A stretch of 61,472 nucleotides of DNA from a virus. Its lineage: Duplodnaviria; Caudoviricetes. The DNA lies in the IMG/VR virus record IMGVR_UViG_3300031623_000938, positions 1 to 61,472 of that record. The stretch is one strand, 5' to 3'. The stretch's first letter is position 1; each line of letters begins with the position of its first letter. The translations under genes were made by a program, and so were the position numbers. Under the pieces are notes generated by a model. It ran no database searches. It had not been told where the DNA came from and was given only the letters and a program-made list of their open reading frames with translations. Positions 54,822 to 61,472 of this stretch are shown one piece after another.

Positions 54822-57800
54822 TTATTCCACCTCTTCTTGTAACGTGAATCCTTTCCAATAGAATTTACCATGTAGTGTTCCCGCTGTTGCTCCGCTTGTT
54901 ATTGATGTTATTATATTGTTTACACCCACTGTGTCATTAGGCGATCCCAGCCTGATTCTCTCATGGGCTAGAATTGAGTTGTCTATAGCTGGGACAATAT
55001 ACTGATTGCTTATATTAGTTAGGTCTCCACTTATCCCCATTTGGAACCTTGGTCCATGAAGGACGGGGCTTACCGAGCTATCTGTTATAATCAATCCAAA
55101 TTCATCGCAGAAGAACCTTTGCCCTTGGTCAATATGTATCGTGTGAGTAGCCGTTTGCGTGAGGTCTAGTTCTTTCGATGTAAATATCGTCGCTGCCCCA
55201 ATGAACTGATGATAGTGGTGGTCAGTATTTGATGTTTCTGGTGCTCCAAAGAACTCAGGAACAATCAACTGGGCTCCAGTGTTAGTCGGATTGAATGGAA
55301 CCATATTGGAATCATCTCCGATGTTTACCACAATCTTCCGGTTAACTGCTGTGCCAATCCTTTTAACGATACTTCCAGCAGTCGTGGGCTTGGTAGTCGT
55401 CATTAACCCATGCGTTGTATCACTTAAGTAAATTGGTTTGCCATAGTTAAACCCTGTGACCGAACCCCAAGGTGTTTCTCCATGAGTGACGTACTTAAAT
55501 CCTCCCCCACTGATTTCTACAACCAATCCAACAACGTTCTCAGTCCCAGTGTTGGAGTTAGCTATGGCTTTCATGAAACCAGTTGTTCCATTCTCGCCCG
55601 TATTAAATTGAACGATATCGCCTTGGACTAAAATGTGACTTGGGTCATCAACATCAATGACGGTGTTGGCATGTAAGTCGCCCGTCACAAAATTGAAGGT
55701 AATTGGGTTAGTGCCGTGGACCTGAGTAAGACCGCCGTAAATATTTATGTCGTTGCCAATATTCGTATCAATAATCGATACTGTGCTGTCGGTGTAGTGA
55801 CCAATGTGGGTATTATTGGTGGTTATGTTGGAACCATTCGTGATGGTAACTTTTCCGGTGACGTTTAGTTGGTCCCCGGTGAACAACAGGCTGTTAATCG
55901 TACCGTTAATGAACCCAGTTGGGTTAGTTAGGGTAAGCGTAGTCTCGTTCAGTAAATAATTTATACTCTGACACCCAGAGTGAATGTTGGGAGAATAGTT
56001 TCCAGTTAGCGTAACTGTGCTGTTATCTATCGTTGTGGTAGAGGTCAGGTTTCCTGTCCACGTAAAGTCGTTATTGTAGGTTACGGTAGATGAACCGTTC
56101 GAGGTGTTACCGCCCTGATTTAGATTCGCGTATGGCCCAGAGTGGACCGTCACTTCCCCGCCAGTGATATTGGTTATAAATTGATTATTTCCTTCTAATA
56201 TCGTTGACCCGGTATTGTTGTAATTAACATCCGCTGATATATCCCCAACGGAATAAGACCCATAACCATAGTTAGTACCTACAGTGGCGGTAAACTCATT
56301 GTCGTTTTGATAAATTTCTCCAAAAGAACCAATCCTGTTAACATCGACAAACGAACCTGTATGTTTCTCAAGGTTCCTGAATTGGTAAATGTTAACGTGA
56401 CTTCCTGAATTGGTTGTAACATCTAATTTGGCCCCGCTATTATTTTCTGGGTTGTAGTAGACGTTGATCTGATCATCGTGATTTTGGATATAGGTGTTAC
56501 CTTCTTCCCTGTTTGTCACAGATATTGTGTGGCCCGAAATATAAGAAGTACCGGATATCGTGACATCACTATCGTAGATAAGTACGTCTGTTTCTTCTCC
56601 CCCGTGAACCCCCAGAAGTACGCCACCTCCAGTTATTCCAATGTTGACGCCACTGACAGTGTTTGTGCCCCCAGTAATACTTACGTGGCCAATGTTACCA
56701 GTTATGGTAATGTCGCTATCGTTTATACGAACATCAGAGTCGAATACTGTAACGCCCGAAGCGTTATTGAAAGTGTTTATCCCGCCCGATGCGATTATGT
56801 ACCCAGAAGCACTCTTGAAATCGATGTTGCCAGTGCTATGGTTTAGGTAAATATTGTTACTGGAAGAATTACCAGTTACATAGAGGCTACCGTTGTAAAT
56901 CGTGTTCGCTAGATTATTGTAGTTCGTTACTACGGAATCAGTAATACTTGAGACACTGAACGATTGATCAATGAAAGCCTCTGAGCCACTCAGGTATAAG
57001 GTATTATTTCCTCCCGTTATGTAAACTCCCGTCGCGTGGTCGTGGAAGTGAACTGTACTGTGAGCAACATTGATTGTGTCTCTAGCGTCCCAGAAGTTGG
57101 CTGTTCCCGTGATGTGGAAACCGCAATCTTTACCCGTGATGTTTACAACTGAGTTGTCGTACCCCGAAATGTTAACAGTGAAGAATTGTCCCGTTATTTG
57201 AATTCCGGTATTACCAGAGAGGTGAAATACGCCACCGTATGCATTCAGGTCGTCTATGACAGAATTCGTTATGTAGTTGTTCGATCCAGAGATGTATACG
57301 TATTCCCCAGTTGCGTAGTTAGTGCCACCATCAATGGTGATGTTGTGGCCAGTGACATAATTTCGGCTATCCTTTAAGACTAACGAATCAATGTTGCCAA
57401 TGATTGTAGCCGTACCGCCGTTTACCGTATTATTGCCACCAGTGATGGAAATGCTTTGTCCGGTTGCTACATAGAAGGTGTTAGTACCCCCACTGATTCT
57501 AATCGCTTCCCAGTTTGTTCCGGTTGCGTTGAGGTTGCCACTAATGAAGTTTGTTATTATCGGCGTTTGGCCAGTAAGGTACAAGTTAGTTGCCTGACTC
57601 CCCGATGCGTTGTTGAAAGCTGCGTTTGTTACGTATGATGCGTATATGTCTAATTCGTCGCCAGAAATATTATTGATCCCACCAGAAAGTATTATCGACT
57701 CAATTATTCCCGTAGAATTTATGTTAAATGTAGTACCGGAAATTATGTTAATCGACTGTCCGGTAAATGTTCCGGTCAGAATTATGTTTGATCCGTTGTC

Positions 57801-60800
57801 CGCGTATACGTCGGCATTTACATCCATGTGGAAACCGTCCGCATGGATATTGTTTTCCCCTCCTGACACGTATAACGTTGGTTGTGTTCCAGAAAGTGTT
57901 ACGTTCGAGTCCGTGATCAGAATATCCGAATCGTCTACATAAACTTGAGTTTGGTTTGTATAGGAATTCTTTTCTTGTCTTCCTACGATATGGGTCGTAC
58001 CTCCGGTTATTCCTACCGTGGTGTTATCGAAACGGCCCGATACTTGAGAACCTGTTATATTGATATTACCGCCTGTTATTCCGAAACTGTAATTTACCCC
58101 AGTTAACATTGGGCCATTGTTAATCGTGGAAAGATAACCACCAGCGGAGGAGGATTGACTTTGTTGGTTATAATAGGTGGCGTGGAGGTTAATATCCCCG
58201 TGGTTAGTTATTGATACATCTACAGGAGAGTTGCTGTGACTGTTATTTGGGGAGGCGACACTAGCGTTCGAGGCATATCCTGCGGAACTCGTAGTCGCGC
58301 CCTGCGAATAGGTCTGCGACATATCTATAGTCGCGGTTCCCGTAAACTGTTCTATAGTTAATGCTTGCGAGTTATTGTCGTATGAACCTTTAGTGTTTGA
58401 TGCGCTTGCAGAACTCTGATAGTTAGCAGCGTAAGCAGAAACACTTCCTACTGTCTGATCATTGGTGAAACTGTAATTTAGTGTTCCCGTGAAATAATCT
58501 ATGTCGAACTGCCCACTTCCGCTCGCGTAGATATTCCCTATCGTGGTGTAGTCGCTTACTCCGCTGCTGGTGATATTTATAACGCCCGTTTCAAAGTACA
58601 AGTTTGAAATAGTCGAGTCATCCACATTGAAGTTATGTATATCAGAGTGGGAGCTATTAATAACAGTGTGCCCTGATCCTGTTATTATTTGGGAGGTTAT
58701 ATCCAGATCAGAGGTGAGATTTATTGTTCCTATTGATCCGTGGTTTGCATTTAGGGTCTGTATATATCCCGTATACTGGTTAAGTGTAGTTATTGTCCCC
58801 GTGAAATTCTCGAATATGCCCGTGTCAATGCTAAGAGTGTTGAAGTCACCAGATATAGCGATTTTCTCTGATGCGTTTGTTATGTCTACGTCTGATCCGT
58901 AAATATTGTACTCGCCTGATATAGAGTAGAAGTCTACATCCGTCGCTCCAGTAATGTTTACTACTCCACCGGAATTATTGTGGACGATCATCTGATCAAT
59001 ATCGCCAGAGAAGTTAACCGTACTATTTACGGGCTGGACGTTATTGATTGTTCCGCTGTATGCGTAGATGTTGGCTACCGACCCGTCGCCAGTGACGTAG
59101 TTTGTGCCGTCCGTTATCGTGGCAGAACCAGTTATGTACGCAACGGAGTCTGACACGTAGTTGGTACTGTTCGTGAGTATCAGGCTTTCTGTGGCGTCAT
59201 CAGAAATGGTAACTTTGATGTCATTAATGCTCTCGCTGACAGTTACAATCCCTCCGGTTATATAGCTTGTTCCAGAGTATATGCTTACCGTGGAACCAGT
59301 GATAAAGTTTTGGCCAGAGCTACCGGAGTAGTAGTGGAGCGTCATTGTGGCTCCGGTTATGTAAGCATTATCAACTCTATCTGCACTTACGAAAGTTGAT
59401 CCCGCTGCGTTAAGGGTATTTACTCCTTGGGTTATGTTAAATTCACCCGTAGCAAAGGGACCATCTCCGGTGATGATGTTCTGGATAGTAATTCCAGAGT
59501 AAATGTTTATGCCCGATCCTGTGATTCCAAGGTGACCGCCGTCAGCAACGTAGTTTCCGTCAAAAGTGGTTGTTGCTGATATTGGGCTACTAACTGAATT
59601 TGTCAGCGTATTTACTCCGTATACAGCATTAACGTTGCCGTTTGCGGAGTGATGGATTTCACCGCTTAAGATTGCACCCGCTTCAATTACTGGACCGTCA
59701 ATGTTCCACACTGAATTAGCGTCTTGCGTAGTTATCTCATCTACGAATTGGGAAGTAGACGTTATAGTCGAATTCGAAATACTCGTAACGGCTGGGTACT
59801 CATGACTTGCTGCGTAAGCTTGTCCCGTAAAGCTCACGTTTCCTCCTGTAATATTCAGATTCTGAATGCCAAGTTGCGCGTAGGAACTATTGGCCCCTGT
59901 AATATATTGGGTGATATGAATATCCGAATTACCAGAATCAGTAACTGTGTTGTATATGTTCGTGGTTGGGTCAGTGTTGTGAGTACCACTGAAATGGAAA
60001 TCTATTCGTGTCGAGTCGTTTCCTGTCGCATAGATGTTAGTGTCAACCCCAGAGTGAATGTGAACATTGCCACTCTCGTAGATATGGAACGTATTTAATC
60101 CGCCTGTCACGGAGTTGATTGTGTCAACTTCAACTGTGTTTGTTCCGTTTAAGAGATTGGTGATACCACCGCTGACCGAAACGACGTTAGTGCCGTCATT
60201 TATTGTTACATCATGACCAGTAATCGTGCTCGTGCCCCCCGACACATGTATGATATGCCCAGTGATGAATGCAGTGGAATCATGTATCTCATTGTGGAGG
60301 CCAGAGTATATAGTAACCGTGCAGCCAGTTAAGTTATTAAGGCCACCCGTTATTGTTACAGGGTTGGCTCCAGATATATGGGTAGTGCCACTCGTTATAT
60401 CTATGTTCGAATTGTAAGCTACTAAGTTCACACCCGCCCCAGTAGCATCGATATCTACGAAGTCACACTCCTCTATTGTGATTTGAGAAGATGGGTTTGT
60501 TATGTTAATTAAGTCGCCGTCAGTGATGACAACCTCACCGCTATAGATATTTACTTCCTCGTTACCACTGATGATGTTGTAACCGTCATGTATCGTAACT
60601 TCGCTTCCTGATACGTGGGTGGTGTTCCCGCTGAGTATCGTTACAAAGCCAGTTACCCCAACGAATCCGGTATTATTTATTACTGTCGCTCCCTCGGCGG
60701 TAGAGGTGACGTAAATGACCCCACTATTACCTATGCTGGCGGTACTTTCGCTTAAGTTCGCTACCCCACCTTCTAATACTTGGAAATAATCTTCACTATC

Positions 60801-61472
60801 GTATATCCAAACATTTGTTCCGGTAAATTGGTTGAACCCCCCACTGATCGTAACGCCTTGCGGATTATAGATATCTATATCCTTTGCGTCGTGAATGTGA
60901 TTTATGGAGTTGCCAGATATATTTATGAGCCCAGAGACGCCTGAGAAAGATGTAGTACCTCCGCTAATATCAATGTGGAAATAGTTCCAATCTTCCCTAA
61001 ATACTCCAGTTGGAAAACCTGAAGTTAACTGGATGATGGTTGAGTCTGGATAAACAGTAGTTTGGCTGTAGTCCCAAATCGTGTGATTTGATCCGCTGAT
61101 TATCAAGGTTTGACCACTTCCCTCTAAGAACGTTCCGCTCTTACCAATCGTATTAAATACTATTCCCGTTGGGTATCCCGAAACGAGGTCAATAGTGATG
61201 GTCTTACTCTTGTCTACTAAGGTAGTGCTGTAATCATGGATCGTTGTTTGCCCAGAGCCAGTAACGGTTATGTTCGAGCCAGAGACGGTAATGAACGTAC
61301 CAGTTTTATCTACGAGTACTCTGTTGTCATAGCTAACAGTGTTGTGGGTAGTATAATCATTTATCGTGACTACTCCTGAAGCTCCTGATGCTAAACCTGA
61401 AATTCCTACTACGGTATTCCCTGTGCCACTTACGTCAATGAAAGTACCGCTTCTGTCGATGTTAAACGTCTG
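54822..61472 (-). CDS. giant Thr/Ser/Gly/Asn-rich beta-solenoid-like virion protein (5' end outside window)
   Basis: Frame stays open for 122 codons upstream of 61106 to the window edge (QTFNIDRSGTFIDVSG...); ITGG/ISGG repeats; C-terminal YLSDT..G..T..KP..G motif. Confidence 0.85.
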   Translation of the reverse strand, partial: QTFNIDRSGTFIDVSGTGNTVVGISGLASGASGVVTINDYTTHNTVSYDNRVLVDKTGTFITVSGSNITVTGSGQTTIHDYSTTLVDKSKTITIDLVSGYPTGIVFNTIGKSGTFLEGSGQTLIISGSNHTIWDYSQTTVYPDSTIIQLTSGFPTGVFREDWNYFHIDISGGTTSFSGVSGLINISGNSINHIHDAKDIDIYNPQGVTISGGFNQFTGTNVWIYDSEDYFQVLEGGVANLSESTASIGNSGVIYVTSTAEGATVINNTGFVGVTGFVTILSGNTTHVSGSEVTIHDGYNIISGNEEVNIYSGEVVITDGDLINITNPSSQITIEECDFVDIDATGAGVNLVAYNSNIDITSGTTHISGANPVTITGGLNNLTGCTVTIYSGLHNEIHDSTAFITGHIIHVSGGTSTITGHDVTINDGTNVVSVSGGITNLLNGTNTVEVDTINSVTGGLNTFHIYESGNVHIHSGVDTNIYATGNDSTRIDFHFSGTHNTDPTTNIYNTVTDSGNSDIHITQYITGANSSYAQLGIQNLNITGGNVSFTGQAYAASHEYPAVTSISNSTITSTSQFVDEITTQDANSVWNIDGPVIEAGAILSGEIHHSANGNVNAVYGVNTLTNSVSSPISATTTFDGNYVADGGHLGITGSGINIYSGITIQNIITGDGPFATGEFNITQGVNTLNAAGSTFVSADRVDNAYITGATMTLHYYSGSSGQNFITGSTVSIYSGTSYITGGIVTVSESINDIKVTISDDATESLILTNSTNYVSDSVAYITGSATITDGTNYVTGDGSVANIYAYSGTINNVQPVNSTVNFSGDIDQMIVHNNSGGVVNITGATDVDFYSISGEYNIYGSDVDITNASEKIAISGDFNTLSIDTGIFENFTGTITTLNQYTGYIQTLNANHGSIGTINLTSDLDITSQIITGSGHTVINSSHSDIHNFNVDDSTISNLYFETGVINITSSGVSDYTTIGNIYASGSGQFDIDYFTGTLNYSFTNDQTVGSVSAYAANYQSSASASNTKGSYDNNSQALTIEQFTGTATIDMSQTYSQGATTSSAGYASNASVASPNNSHSNSPVDVSITNHGDINLHATYYNQQSQSSSAGGYLSTINNGPMLTGVNYSFGITGGNINITGSQVSGRFDNTTVGITGGTTHIVGRQEKNSYTNQTQVYVDDSDILITDSNVTLSGTQPTLYVSGGENNIHADGFHMDVNADVYADNGSNIILTGTFTGQSINIISGTTFNINSTGIIESIILSGGINNISGDELDIYASYVTNAAFNNASGSQATNLYLTGQTPIITNFISGNLNATGTNWEAIRISGGTNTFYVATGQSISITGGNNTVNGGTATIIGNIDSLVLKDSRNYVTGHNITIDGGTNYATGEYVYISGSNNYITNSVIDDLNAYGGVFHLSGNTGIQITGQFFTVNISGYDNSVVNITGKDCGFHITGTANFWDARDTINVAHSTVHFHDHATGVYITGGNNTLYLSGSEAFIDQSFSVSSITDSVVTNYNNLANTIYNGSLYVTGNSSSNNIYLNHSTGNIDFKSASGYIIASGGINTFNNASGVTVFDSDVRINDSDITITGNIGHVSITGGTNTVSGVNIGITGGGVLLGVHGGEETDVLIYDSDVTISGTSYISGHTISVTNREEGNTYIQNHDDQINVYYNPENNSGAKLDVTTNSGSHVNIYQFRNLEKHTGSFVDVNRIGSFGEIYQNDNEFTATVGTNYGYGSYSVGDISADVNYNNTGSTILEGNNQFITNITGGEVTVHSGPYANLNQGGNTSNGSSTVTYNNDFTWTGNLTSTTTIDNSTVTLTGNYSPNIHSGCQSINYLLNETTLTLTNPTGFINGTINSLLFTGDQLNVTGKVTITNGSNITTNNTHIGHYTDSTVSIIDTNIGNDINIYGGLTQVHGTNPITFNFVTGDLHANTVIDVDDPSHILVQGDIVQFNTGENGTTGFMKAIANSNTGTENVVGLVVEISGGGFKYVTHGETPWGSVTGFNYGKPIYLSDTTHGLMTTTKPTTAGSIVKRIGTAVNRKIVVNIGDDSNMVPFNPTNTGAQLIVPEFFGAPETSNTDHHYHQFIGAATIFTSKELDLTQTATHTIHIDQGQRFFCDEFGLIITDSSVSPVLHGPRFQMGISGDLTNISNQYIVPAIDNSILAHERIRLGSPNDTVGVNNIITSITSGATAGTLHGKFYWKGFTLQEEVE

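Noticed and set aside
1-61472. Stop-codon reassignment as in some large phages
   Set aside because: Standard code gives full-length conserved proteins ending in TAA, TAG and TGA at high coding density

Overview
Segment of a large (jumbo-type) tailed-phage genome. It is densely packed, uses the standard genetic code, has mostly ATGA-coupled genes with few Shine-Dalgarno sites, and shows no ribosomal or housekeeping operons. 1-7.2 kb (minus strand): small accessory genes, an ExbB/MotA + ExbD-like membrane module with two unannotated TM micropeptides, HNH nuclease, tRNA-Arg(TCT), SET-domain protein, dUTPase and dCMP deaminase. 7.64-8.0 kb: a highly structured non-coding element. 8.8-19.4 kb (mostly plus): NMP kinase, sigma-70-like factor, glycosyltransferases, and a ribonucleotide reductase whose beta subunit has class Ic (Mn/Fe, no radical Tyr) signatures, with an acyl-carrier-protein gene between nrdA and nrdB. 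19.4-33.6 kb: a glycan synthesis and tailoring island (GT17, 2x GT25, GT11, GT10, carbamoyltransferase, CapK-like, aminotransferase, NDP-sugar dehydrogenase, GME, Gmd, FkbM). 33.9-49.8 kb: replication module (RecA, tubulin/FtsZ homologue, DnaB, primase, Cas4-like nuclease, three-gene Pol III alpha, further GTs), followed by a tmRNA with a 31-codon tag. 50.2 kb to the end (minus): a collagen-like fibre and a giant Thr/Ser/Asn/Gly-rich protein that runs off the window. A recurrent GTGTAA element just upstream of gene starts looks like a phage-specific promoter. A PVC-superphylum (Verrucomicrobia-like) host is inferred but unproven. All family calls come from motif recognition by eye; no searches were run.
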